Source of the DNA: Alphaproteobacteria bacterium
GTDB taxonomy: Bacteria; Pseudomonadota; Alphaproteobacteria; UBA7887
Assembly: GCA_965216755.1 (NCBI GenBank)
Contig: CBDCGL010000011.1
Span: 2,880,001-2,944,000 of the forward strand
Direction of reading: 5' to 3'
Length of the DNA: 64,000 nucleotides
Below the pieces are notes generated by a model. That model was given only the letters and a program-made list of their open reading frames with translations. It searched no databases and had not been told where the DNA came from. How positions within the stretch are numbered: position 1 is the stretch's first letter; each line of letters opens with the position of its first letter. The translations under genes and the position numbers were made by a program. Shown here one piece after another: positions 46,270 through 55,429 of the stretch.

Positions 46270-48597
46270 CTAGCTATCGACCAAATTGGCTGTCGCGGCC
46301 GGGTCCAGGCTGTCGGCCAAACGGCACCCATCCCGGATGGCGCCCAAATAGGAAACGACTGTGTCATGTGTCCCACCGATATTCTCGGTCACGATACCGT
46401 GTCGATTGGCGTCGATCATGCGCACCGCTTTGTCGATCGACCCAATACCTTTGAATATGGTATCGGCGCTCTTCGGATCGACGACTTGATCGCCGGTGGC
46501 CTGAATAAGACCGACCGGGCAAGTGATTTCCGTCAATTGGCGCCTGAGTGCATCGACCACCAGGCGCAGCTCATAGAGCCCACGAATCGGCATATTGCGG
46601 TAGTTGATCGCCGGATGTTCGGAGTCATTGAGGCGAAAGGGCTTGACGCCTTCCATATTGGGGACCCATTCGGCCAATTTGTTGACGCCGTGGACCAAGG
46701 GCACGAACACCAGATTGCGGTTGCGGAAATGCACCGGCGCCGACACCGCGACGACACCGGCCAGGCCCGGCGGCCGCGCCGCGGCGCAAATCAAGGCCAA
46801 GCTGCCGCCGGTGGAAAATCCCACCACGCACACCCGCTTGGCCAGCGCCGCCATGATCGCATAACCGCGGTTGACCGAATCCAGCCAATCCTGCCAGCTG
46901 CGGTCGCGCAGATCCCAAGGCGACGTGCCGTGACCAGCCAGGCGAACACCGACCACCGGATGGCCTTCGTCGACCAAGGTTTCGCCCAGCCCGCGCACTT
47001 CGGCGGGCGACGCCAAGAAACCATGAACCAAAACCACGCCCAGGTCGTTTGACGCCCCGGGCAGCAGCAGGAATGGCGCGCCGCTTTCGGTCGCGGTTTC
47101 CTGGCCGTTAATGTCTTCGTGCCGCTCCTGGGTATAGAACTGCTTGCTCCACTCATGCATGCGGCACTCATCGTCAAACCGCAAACGCGCCACGGCGGCC
47201 GCGTCGATCTTTTGGGCATCGGTGACCGCGCGCGTGATCGCCGCCATGGCCGGTGCCACGGGCGCGACCTCGTTGGCATAGACAGCGACGGTGTTTTCCA
47301 AGCGGATTTCGTCGAAACCATGTTCGTCGCGCAACTTGGGCAAAAAGACATAATGGCCGTGGTCCATGCGCACCAAACCGCTGGCCTCGCCGGTCGCCCA
47401 GAACTCGTCGAGACCGCGGACATGGCCACGCGACGTGGCGACATAGTCTTCCGGATTGATCAAGCATTCATGCAGGTTCACGGCATCGGCGTTCTGGACA
47501 TACTTGATCGCCAAATACAACGCTTTGTTGAACAGGTCGAAAGGCACCTCGGTGCGCCCGGCATCGACATACTGATCGATCACCTGGGCCGCCAAATGAC
47601 TCAGATTGACCGTGACCCCACTATAAATGCGATGCATATAGGCATCGCGCAGGCGCCGCGTCTCACGAGTCAGAAATGTTGTGAACAGACTGTCGATCCA
47701 GCGTTCGGAACGATTGTTGAGCTCGAACAGTTCATCCAACGAAACCAAGCGCAAGAATAACTGGTCGATGAACTTCCGCTCCCACCAACTGCGGAACGGC
47801 CGCGGCGCGATCGTTTCCGCGAAGCGAACATCCATGTCGGTGTCCCTGAGCAGAATATTGCCTTCGATAAGCAGCTCCTCGGCAAAGCGTTCGGTCAGCC
47901 CACTGGCGAACAGCTCAACGCCTTTTTTCAGCATGTTCTCGGCCGCGCGAATCGGGTAAAAAGTGATGTTCGCTGGGACGATCAATGTCGGTTTGTGGGC
48001 CGCGGCGACCAATTCATCAACGCCGGCCAGCTCCAAGGACGATGCCCAGCGTTCCAGCCGCGCGGCGTCGCCCTTTTGTTCCAACGAACGAATCCGGGTC
48101 TTGAACACCTCCAGTGTTAGCGCGACCACGGCCGCGCCCTTGTGATGCTTTCGGCGTGCTAGCGCGGTTGGCGAAAAAACACTATAGCGGCCGCCCTCAT
48201 CCAACACGCGGCGGTCCTTGACCATGCCGCCTTCGGGAAAAATAACGATCTTGCGGCCACGCAAAATCTCAGCCGCCAAGAACGGCAACAGCCCCGGCAA
48301 GTCATTGGGCACCGCGCCAACCCCAAACAGGAACTTAGCGAGCCTATCATTGCCTTGAAATAGCTCGCTCGCCGCGACCGCACGGCAGTAGGCCTGCACC
48401 TCACGGTAGATCAGATATTGGGGGATGACGGTTTCGAAGCGGGCGAAATGGTTGAACAGGAAAATCTGGCCGGCCTCGACCTGGCCCTCGTCCTTGTGAA
48501 ATTTAATACTGACGCCAAGCCGGTTCTCGACCCGCGAAAAGACGCGGACGCACCAGTCATAGGTCTTTTTGATGTTCAGGTCGATATCGTCATACAT
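46270..48597 (-). CDS. Fusion protein: N-terminal glycerolipid acyltransferase (PlsB/PlsC-like) plus C-terminal alpha/beta-hydrolase
   Basis: FNHFARFE and IFPEGG; IVPANITFYP; LVHGF, GHGT, GFSTGG, DQVV, RHG. Confidence 0.75.
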   Translation of the reverse strand: MYDDIDLNIKKTYDWCVRVFSRVENRLGVSIKFHKDEGQVEAGQIFLFNHFARFETVIPQYLIYREVQAYCRAVAASELFQGNDRLAKFLFGVGAVPNDLPGLLPFLAAEILRGRKIVIFPEGGMVKDRRVLDEGGRYSVFSPTALARRKHHKGAAVVALTLEVFKTRIRSLEQKGDAARLERWASSLELAGVDELVAAAHKPTLIVPANITFYPIRAAENMLKKGVELFASGLTERFAEELLIEGNILLRDTDMDVRFAETIAPRPFRSWWERKFIDQLFLRLVSLDELFELNNRSERWIDSLFTTFLTRETRRLRDAYMHRIYSGVTVNLSHLAAQVIDQYVDAGRTEVPFDLFNKALYLAIKYVQNADAVNLHECLINPEDYVATSRGHVRGLDEFWATGEASGLVRMDHGHYVFLPKLRDEHGFDEIRLENTVAVYANEVAPVAPAMAAITRAVTDAQKIDAAAVARLRFDDECRMHEWSKQFYTQERHEDINGQETATESGAPFLLLPGASNDLGVVLVHGFLASPAEVRGLGETLVDEGHPVVGVRLAGHGTSPWDLRDRSWQDWLDSVNRGYAIMAALAKRVCVVGFSTGGSLALICAAARPPGLAGVVAVSAPVHFRNRNLVFVPLVHGVNKLAEWVPNMEGVKPFRLNDSEHPAINYRNMPIRGLYELRLVVDALRRQLTEITCPVGLIQATGDQVVDPKSADTIFKGIGSIDKAVRMIDANRHGIVTENIGGTHDTVVSYLGAIRDGCRLADSLDPAATANLVDS

Positions 48598-48702
48598 GAT
48601 GGACTCGCAGAGTCACGACCCCGGCGCCTGTCGGGCCACCAATCGTACCAAGAACGGGTTTGGCAGGGAAATTGATCTGCGCGCCGGCGCAACGGCGGCG
48701 CG

Positions 48703-49863
48703 TCAGCGGAGGTCCAGACCCCGGGCGATAATACCGCGCAGAACTTCGCGGGTGCCGCCCTGGATGGTCAGCTTGGGCGCGACCATTGTGGCGTGGTCGA
48801 TGACGTCTTGAAAATGCGGCCAATTGCCCGGTTCCGGCTCAACGAAAGCGGCCAAATCGCGGGCGCGGGCGGGCAAGGCCTGCTCCCAATTGGTGCCCAA
48901 ATCCTTGACCATGGAGGCTTCCAAAACAGGCTCTTTGCCATCGGCCAACATGCCCGCGACCGAGATCGACATGCGTCGCAGGGTGTTGAGTTGGGCAACC
49001 AGGCGGCCGACCCCTTCGGCGCCGCGGCGATCGGGCACCGCGCCCAAAACCCGCACCAGCTCGATCAGGACCTGGATCGTTTCAAGAAACCGCTCAGGTC
49101 CGCTGCGTTCATAGGCGAGTTCGCTGGTGGCCTGTTTCCACGCCATGTCGACCGATCCAAGTAGACTGGTCTCCGCTAAAATCGCGTCCTCGAATATGAC
49201 TTCGTTGAATTCATGACCACCAGTCATGAAACGAATTGGCTGCACCGTGATGCCGGGCGTCTTCATATCGACCAAAAACTGCGTCAGGCCGTGACGACGA
49301 TTTTCCTTGGTCGACGGCGAGGTCCGGAACAGGCCGATCATATAGTCAGCATTGTGCGCATAGCTGGTCCACACCTTGCGGCCATTGATCCGCCACCCAT
49401 TGTCGACTTTGTCGGCCTTGGTCTTGGCGGCGAACAGATCGGATCCGGACTCGGGCTCGCTCATGCCAATGCAAAACGTGCACTCGCCACGAATGATCCG
49501 TGGCAGAACCTCGCGCTTGACCGATTCGGCGCCGTGACGCAGCAGCATTGGGCCACTTTGCCGGTCGGCGACAAAATGGGCCTGGGTCGGTGCGTTGGCG
49601 ACCAGAAATTCCTCGGTCACGACATACCGTTCCAGGAAGCTGCGATCGCCACCACCATAGGCCTTGGGCCAAGTCATGCCGATCCAGCCGCGCGCGCCGA
49701 CTTTCCGGCTGAAAGCGCGATTAAACGATTTGCTGCCGTGGGCGGTGGCCGGATCAAAGGTACCGGCGGCGATCTCGTCGCGCAGAAACGCGCGGACCTC
49801 GGCGCGGAGCCGCTCAGCCGCCGACGGCAATTGGATCGGATCGAAGTGAATCGGGCCGGTCAT
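48703..49863 (-). CDS. Acyl-CoA dehydrogenase (catalytic partner of a tandem pair)
   Basis: GMSEPESGSDL, GRKVWTS, FNEV, ERSG, TIQGGT. Confidence 0.9.
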   Translation of the reverse strand: MTGPIHFDPIQLPSAAERLRAEVRAFLRDEIAAGTFDPATAHGSKSFNRAFSRKVGARGWIGMTWPKAYGGGDRSFLERYVVTEEFLVANAPTQAHFVADRQSGPMLLRHGAESVKREVLPRIIRGECTFCIGMSEPESGSDLFAAKTKADKVDNGWRINGRKVWTSYAHNADYMIGLFRTSPSTKENRRHGLTQFLVDMKTPGITVQPIRFMTGGHEFNEVIFEDAILAETSLLGSVDMAWKQATSELAYERSGPERFLETIQVLIELVRVLGAVPDRRGAEGVGRLVAQLNTLRRMSISVAGMLADGKEPVLEASMVKDLGTNWEQALPARARDLAAFVEPEPGNWPHFQDVIDHATMVAPKLTIQGGTREVLRGIIARGLDLR

Positions 49864-50960
49864 AACGATGGCTGATCCCTGTTGGAGCCGTCGACGACGG
49901 GATTCATGGTCAGTATCGGCCACAAGGCATCGGCGCCGTTGTGGCAAACCAGCGCACCCAGCCGCGCCGCCCATTGACTTTCGCTACCGAAATCATCCTG
50001 CCACGACCACAGGCGACGGGTGAACCGATGCAGAATGTACTCCTCGGTAAAGCCGATCGCCCCATGAACCTGATGGGCAATCGCCGCCCCTTCGCGCGCC
50101 GCCTCGCCTACCCGGATTTTGGCCGACGCAACCTCGACAAAGGCCCGCTCGTCAAGTTCGTCCGCCGCCCGGATCGCCGGCGCCAAGGCACCGCAGGCGG
50201 CAATCGCCGCCGCGATCTCACCGGCGAGCTTGGCGAGTTCATGCTGGATGACTTGAAACTTAGCGATCGGCCGCCCGAACGCGACCCGTTCGGTGGCGTA
50301 GCCGACCGCGATGTCCAATATCCGTTCCAGGGCCCCGGTCATTTGCGCTACGCGGACCGCGGCCCCCATCAACCCCAGTGCGCGGCGATCTAGGCCCGCC
50401 GGCGCCATGGTTGACGACAGCGTGGGCGCATCGTCGAACGCGACGGCATCGCGCGGATCGTTGGCCAGATCATGGCCCGGCGTGACCCCGCACGCCGCGC
50501 TTTCGACCAGGCACACGAAAATTTGGTCATCGCGCGCGGCCATCACCGCGATATGAGGCGCGACCGTCGCAAACGGAACCCGCCGCGCCGCCCCGGAAAG
50601 GCGCCCGTGGCTGTCGACCGTTATATGATCACGCTCGACGACGGGCGCCACGGTGATCGGCCCATCCGGCGGTCGCATGCCGGCGCGGCCCAGCAACCAC
50701 GCCGCCAACAAGGTCTCGGCGATGGGGATCGACGCGGCAAAGGTTCCGGCCACGCGCGCAACCGCCAGGCCATCGGCCACCGACGCACCCGCGCCACCCA
50801 GTTCATCCGTCAGCCACGTTCGCGTCAGACCGGACTCCTCCAAGGCCTGCCACAAGGCCGGCCGCCAGGAGTCGTCGGCCGCCGCATTGACCATTTGCGG
50901 ATCGCCAAGATCTTGAAAAATCTTGGTTGCCGTATCGATGATCAACGGATCGGGGGTCAT
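49860..50960 (-). CDS. Acyl-CoA dehydrogenase-like subunit (divergent partner)
   Basis: ERVAFGRPIAKFQVIQH and HQVHGAIGFTEE present; N-terminal TEP-x-x-GSD motif absent; overlaps the next gene by 4 bp. Confidence 0.85.
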   Translation of the reverse strand: MTPDPLIIDTATKIFQDLGDPQMVNAAADDSWRPALWQALEESGLTRTWLTDELGGAGASVADGLAVARVAGTFAASIPIAETLLAAWLLGRAGMRPPDGPITVAPVVERDHITVDSHGRLSGAARRVPFATVAPHIAVMAARDDQIFVCLVESAACGVTPGHDLANDPRDAVAFDDAPTLSSTMAPAGLDRRALGLMGAAVRVAQMTGALERILDIAVGYATERVAFGRPIAKFQVIQHELAKLAGEIAAAIAACGALAPAIRAADELDERAFVEVASAKIRVGEAAREGAAIAHQVHGAIGFTEEYILHRFTRRLWSWQDDFGSESQWAARLGALVCHNGADALWPILTMNPVVDGSNRDQPSL

Positions 50961-50982
50961 GGCGTCGGATCCACAGGGGCGC

Positions 50983-51783
50983 TCACCGACCCACGAAACG
51001 CGGCACACGCCGTTCGGCCATGGCCCGCACGCCTTCGGCGAAATCTTCGGTTTGGCGCAAGCGTTCTTGGATGGCGAGTTCGTGGTCCGTGGCCGCGGCG
51101 ATTTTGTCGGCGAGACCGGCGCGCAGGGTGGCGCGCGTTTCTTGAGTCCCGCGCGGTGATGATTCGGCGATTTCCGCGGCCAATCCGATCGCGGCGGCGC
51201 GCACCTGGTCTTGCGGGACCAAAAGATCGGCCAAGCCCATGTCAAAGGCTTCATCGCCCTTGAACCGGCGGCTGGTGTAAAACATCAGCGCCGCCTTGCT
51301 GATGCCAATGACGGCCGGCAAAGTGACGGTCAGGCCAAAGCCCGGATGAAAACCCAAGCGGGTGAAATTGGCGCAAAAGCGCGCCTCCGCACAGGTGACC
51401 CGAAAATCCGGCACCATGGCCACGCCCAAGCCACCGCCAACGGCCGCGCCGTGGATCGCGCCGACGATCGGTTTGCGGGTGCGGAACAAGCGCACGGCTT
51501 CCTGATAGAGGTGGGTGACCTGAAGCGGCCGCGCACCGCTGGCCCCGGCTTCGCCACCGCCGTCGTCATCGCGCGCGCTGAAATCGGCGCCGGCGCAGAA
51601 CGATTTTCCCTGTGCCGCCAACACCAAGGCCCGAATCTGGTCATGATCGTCCAGGCTTTCGAAGGCGTCGGCAATCTCTCGGATCAAGTCATGATCGAAA
51701 AAATTGTGCGGTGGCCGCCGAATTTCGACCACCGCCACCCGATCGATCAGCTCAACCGCAATGTCTTTGTATCCGTCGGCCAT
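50983..51783 (-). CDS. Enoyl-CoA hydratase/isomerase (crotonase family)
   Basis: FCAGADF, AVGGG, LGFHPGFG, DFAEG. Confidence 0.9.
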   Translation of the reverse strand: MADGYKDIAVELIDRVAVVEIRRPPHNFFDHDLIREIADAFESLDDHDQIRALVLAAQGKSFCAGADFSARDDDGGGEAGASGARPLQVTHLYQEAVRLFRTRKPIVGAIHGAAVGGGLGVAMVPDFRVTCAEARFCANFTRLGFHPGFGLTVTLPAVIGISKAALMFYTSRRFKGDEAFDMGLADLLVPQDQVRAAAIGLAAEIAESSPRGTQETRATLRAGLADKIAAATDHELAIQERLRQTEDFAEGVRAMAERRVPRFVGR

Positions 51784-51824
51784 TCGTCCTCCGTTGCGCT
51801 GGCATCACCAGCTTCCCACCCATG

Positions 51825-52610
51825 CTAGACCAGTGCCTTTTCCAACAGACAATCGTCGGCCAGCGGTTCGACCGGGGTGAATTCGCGTGCGGCAATGTAG
51901 TCGGGCCGGGTCGGCTTGCGAATGGCGTTCGACGCCGCGTTGGCGGTCAAATAGACGATATTACGGCTCCAAGGCGACATATTGGCCGGGCTGGCATGGA
52001 CCAGCGAGCAATGAAAGAACAGCACGGATCCGGCCGGACCCTTTGGCGCGATAATGCCATGTGCCCGGCCCAGCCGCGCGATCGTTGCATCGTCTATGGT
52101 CCACAGCCCATAGCTGGTGGTGTCGGTGTCATAGCTTGCTTCGATACGGCCATCCCGGTGCGAGCCCGGAATGAACATCAGCGGGCCGTTGAATTCGGTG
52201 ACGTCGTCCAAGAACAGCGCCACGTTGAGCGCGCGCGGCGCCGGCATGCCGTCATCGACCGCCCATGTGCCGTAATCCTGATGCCACTGCCACAAATCGC
52301 CGTGGAACGCGGCCTTTGGATTGACCTTGAATTGGTGGATGTAGATCGCCTCGCCGAGCAGATCCATCGCCGGCTCGACCAAACGCGGATGGCGGGCCAA
52401 GCGTCCAAAAAGCGGGTTGTAGGTATGCACGGCAAACGCGACGCGCACGGCGTCGCTGTCCTTTTCACGCCGAATCTCCGGGCGGCGTTGGGCGAGCAAT
52501 TCCGCCAGTTCGCCGGTCAGCCGCTGGGTTTCGGCCCGCGAGAACAGCGTGGGAAGGAACAAATAACCTTCATCGTGATACTGTTGGCATTGCTGCCTGT
52601 TCAAATGCAC
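51825..52610 (-). CDS. Fe(II)/2-oxoglutarate dioxygenase (PhyH family; proline/ectoine-hydroxylase-like)
   Basis: HQFKVNPK, WHQD, NGPLMFIPGSH, LVHAS..N....R; GGGAGG RBS plus GTG. Confidence 0.88.
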   Translation of the reverse strand: MHLNRQQCQQYHDEGYLFLPTLFSRAETQRLTGELAELLAQRRPEIRREKDSDAVRVAFAVHTYNPLFGRLARHPRLVEPAMDLLGEAIYIHQFKVNPKAAFHGDLWQWHQDYGTWAVDDGMPAPRALNVALFLDDVTEFNGPLMFIPGSHRDGRIEASYDTDTTSYGLWTIDDATIARLGRAHGIIAPKGPAGSVLFFHCSLVHASPANMSPWSRNIVYLTANAASNAIRKPTRPDYIAAREFTPVEPLADDCLLEKALV

Positions 52611-52801
52611 CGGGCCTTGGCCTCCCTATATCACGCACGCATGTGCACGCAGACGACTCTATCTTCTTCTACTTCACGCCGCAGGCGCGAGCAAGTTCGG
52701 CCCCTGCCGGCGATCCGACCGCGCAGCGTTAGCGCGCCGCGAACTTGTCTCAAGCGCCGTTTTGGGCGACGTTGTGACATGGGGTTGGCCGGAAAATCCG
52801 A

Positions 52802-54208
52802 ATGATTGAACAGATCTCGCTGCAGCGCGCGCGCGAACGCACGTGGGATGTGATCGTCGCCGGCAGCAGCTTCGCCAGCATGTTCTTTGTCGCCGGACTG
52901 CCGCGCCAATTGTCGGTTTTGTTCATCGAAAAGGGCCGCCTGCAAAGCCACGATGATCAGCTCAGCAATGGCTTGCAAGGCAGGGAAAAAATCTCACAGC
53001 AAAATGACTCGCCGTTCGACAAAAGATGGGTCGCGCACACCACATTCGGCGGCAATTCCAACTGTTGGTGGGCGCAGACACCCCGCCTACATCCGAACGA
53101 TTTCCGATTGCACAGCGCCTATGGTGTCGGCACGGATTGGCCGTTGACCTATGATGACCTGGAGCCATCCTATGTCGACGTGGAATCGATGATGGAGGTT
53201 GCCGGCGGCGGCGCCGATCACCTGTTGCCGCGCAGCCGGCCCTTTCCCTATCCGCCCCACGCGCCATCGCGATCGGACAAAGTTTTGCGTGCCCATGACG
53301 GCCACTGGATTGCCGCCCCGACCGCGCGCAGCCATGGCGGGGCACGCCCAGTTTGTTGCGCCAATGGAGTGTGCACGCTGTGCCCGATCGACTCGAAATT
53401 CACTATTCTCAACAGTATCGACCAATTCGATCGCCCAGGGCTCGCCATGGTGCTCGGTGCCGACGTGCGCGCGGTGACCATCGCCAATCAGACCGCGACC
53501 GGCGTGGTGGTGAGCCATCCGGAGGGTCAATCCGAACTCGACTCCACCCTTGTGGCGTTGGGCACGAACGCCGTTTTCAATGCCGCGATTTTGCTACGCA
53601 GTGGGTTGCAATCGCCGGCATTGGGCCGCTATCTTCACGAGCAGACCTCGCGCGCGGTGCTATTGGACGTGCCGATCCCGAACTATTTCGGCGGCACCTC
53701 GATCACCGGGCATAATTATGCGTTTTACGATGGCCCGCACCGATCCGAAGCGGCGGCTGTATTGATCGAAAATTTCAACGCGCCGCCATCGATCCGCCTG
53801 GAGCGCGGTCATTGGACCGACCGGCTGTGGCTGAACCTGATCGCCGAGGACCTGCCGCAAGCGGACAATCGAGTGGTGCTTGAAAACGACGAACCGAAGA
53901 TTCTTTGGCGCGGCCACGCGGCCTATGGCAGGGCGGGTGTTGACCGCGTCGTCGCGCGGCTCGCGGAGATTCTGCCGTTCGACATTGAAGCGATGGCGCT
54001 GCAAGACTACAAGCCGTCTGATGCCCACATTCAGGGCACAACCCGAATGGGCGACAACAAGGACACATCCGTGGTTGACGGGGGCCTAAAGACGCACGCG
54101 GTGCGTAATCTTTTGGCCTTGGGCGCGGGCGCGTTTCCCGCCTGTTCGCCGGCCAATCCGACCCTGACACTGTCGGCGCTGTCATTGCGCGCGGCGCGGT
54201 TGTTGTGA
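52802..54208 (+). CDS. GMC-family FAD oxidoreductase, large subunit
   Basis: FGGNSNCW, DWPLTYDDLEP, CCANGVCTLCP, AHIQGTTRMG, ANPTLT. Confidence 0.85.
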   Translation: MIEQISLQRARERTWDVIVAGSSFASMFFVAGLPRQLSVLFIEKGRLQSHDDQLSNGLQGREKISQQNDSPFDKRWVAHTTFGGNSNCWWAQTPRLHPNDFRLHSAYGVGTDWPLTYDDLEPSYVDVESMMEVAGGGADHLLPRSRPFPYPPHAPSRSDKVLRAHDGHWIAAPTARSHGGARPVCCANGVCTLCPIDSKFTILNSIDQFDRPGLAMVLGADVRAVTIANQTATGVVVSHPEGQSELDSTLVALGTNAVFNAAILLRSGLQSPALGRYLHEQTSRAVLLDVPIPNYFGGTSITGHNYAFYDGPHRSEAAAVLIENFNAPPSIRLERGHWTDRLWLNLIAEDLPQADNRVVLENDEPKILWRGHAAYGRAGVDRVVARLAEILPFDIEAMALQDYKPSDAHIQGTTRMGDNKDTSVVDGGLKTHAVRNLLALGAGAFPACSPANPTLTLSALSLRAARLL

Positions 54209-54630
54209 TGCGGCTGACCCGGCGCCGTTTGCTCGCCTTGATGGCGGCGACCGCCGTGGCCGGCGGGGGCGGCGTGGTGTTGAGCACCGGATTCATCAAC
54301 TGGATTCAGGCCCAGTTGGCATCGACGTTCGGGACCGATATCGCGGCACGCGCGGCGGCCGCAGGGTTCGTTGACGATTTCGCCGGATTTGTAAAGGGCG
54401 CCGAGCCCTATCACGCGTTCAGACTGCGCGCCTATTTCCGTTTGAACCCGCCGTGGGTGCCGCTGCGCACGGCCAAAGAGGCACGGATCAAAGACCAATT
54501 GCTGCGCCAATTCGTTCTGTCGACGAACATCGTTTTGGTCGAGGAAACCGGCGCCGATTTTTCCTATTTGGGCCTCTACGACCCCTATCGCACGCCTTGC
54601 GCCAACCCCCTCGCCGCCTCTTTCCAATAG
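54208..54630 (+). CDS. Small Tat-signal protein, probable partner subunit of the GMC oxidoreductase
   Basis: LTRRRLL Tat motif; FVLSTN...YDPY..PCANP tail; TGATG coupling. Confidence 0.7.
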   Translation: MRLTRRRLLALMAATAVAGGGGVVLSTGFINWIQAQLASTFGTDIAARAAAAGFVDDFAGFVKGAEPYHAFRLRAYFRLNPPWVPLRTAKEARIKDQLLRQFVLSTNIVLVEETGADFSYLGLYDPYRTPCANPLAASFQ

Positions 54631-54631
54631 C

Positions 54632-54733
54632 ACCCAATTACGGTGACAGTTTACTAAATATACTATATATTGACAACATCAATCAGAACATGCAATATGT
54701 GGTATATTTAGTAAACTGTCACTGTAATTGGGT
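54632..54733. repeat. AT-rich palindromic element, copy 1 (REPIN/MITE-like)
   Basis: 32-bp inverted arms ACCCAATTACGGTGACAGTTTACTAAATATAC (54632-54663) and 54702-54733, one mismatch. Confidence 0.85.
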
Positions 54734-54744
54734 AAACAACAGAC

Positions 54745-54821
54745 TGGCGACCCCGGCAGGATTCGAACCTGCGACCTACAGATTAGGAATCTGCCGCTCT
54801 ATCCAACTGAGCTACGGGGCC
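54745..54821 (-). tRNA. tRNA-Arg (anticodon CCT)
   Basis: Reverse complement GGCCCCGTAGCTCAGTTGGATAGAGCGGCAGATTCCTAATCTGTAGGTCGCAGGTTCGAATCCTGCCGGGGTCGCCA: 77 nt, cloverleaf, GTTCGAA T-loop, encoded CCA. Confidence 0.97.
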
Positions 54822-54898
54822 GTGGCGCGTTGCTTATCAAACGGCACGGCACGCCGCCAGTGAAATGCGTGACCGCGCTGGGCGCTCTGACCTGAACG

Positions 54899-55020
54899 GG
54901 TTACGGTGGTTACGGTGGTTACGGTGACAGTTTACTAAATATACCAAATATTATAGCATACTAGCATATGGCACAATATTTAGTATATTTAGTAAACTGT
55001 CACCGTAATGCACCGTAATG
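54899..55020. repeat. AT-rich palindromic element, copy 2, with reiterated termini
   Basis: Perfect 26-bp inverted arms TTACGGTGACAGTTTACTAAATATAC (54919-54944 and 54983-55008); (GGTTACGGT)x3 on the left, (CACCGTAATG)x2 on the right. Confidence 0.85.
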
Positions 55021-55429
55021 GCGCCAAAACCCGGCCCAGGGCGACGATTTCCGGGGTGGCCATGCGGCCCGTGGCGATGGCGTCGTCGGGGTGCCAAAAG
55101 GCGAGCTCCAGCGGTTCATGGTCGGGCGCCAGCGGTTCACCATCCGCCGCAACGCTATAGTATAGCGGTGTGTAGTTGCGCAGCGTCCACGGGCTCAGCA
55201 ATGTGCCCGGGCCATGCAGCAGGGTCAGCGGCGTAATGTTCAGCCCGCATTCTTCTTGAAATTCCCGCGCCAGCGCGCGCTCGGGCGTTTCGCCAGCCTC
55301 CACCGCGCCGCCGGGAAACTTCAATACATCGCGGCCACCAAAATGCTCCGCCGCCATCAGCACGCGGCCGTCGCGCACCAACAGGCCGTAGACACGTAAA
55401 TTACAGGGCCCGTCCGCCCGCCCGGTCAC
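54989..55429 (-). CDS. NUDIX hydrolase
   Basis: FPGGAVEAGETPERALAREFQEECGL Nudix box; GTG start overlaps the prpE stop. Confidence 0.88.
   Translation of the reverse strand: MTGRADGPCNLRVYGLLVRDGRVLMAAEHFGGRDVLKFPGGAVEAGETPERALAREFQEECGLNITPLTLLHGPGTLLSPWTLRNYTPLYYSVAADGEPLAPDHEPLELAFWHPDDAIATGRMATPEIVALGRVLAPLRCITVTVY

Noticed and set aside
51825-52610. Ectoine hydroxylase ectD
   Set aside because: The motif is WQWHQDYGTW rather than the EctD signature FxWHSDFETWH, and no ect genes are nearby.
52620-54821. Integrative element or prophage at tRNA-Arg
   Set aside because: No integrase, and I could not see a duplicated tRNA 3' end (att site) in the window.
54453-54863. 136-aa plus-strand ORF across the palindrome and tRNA
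   Set aside because: It overlaps the Tat subunit gene in another frame, the repeat and the antisense tRNA; spurious.
54632-55020. Possible CRISPR array
   Set aside because: The repeats are inverted pairs rather than direct repeats with regular spacers; only two units, a tRNA between them, and no cas genes.
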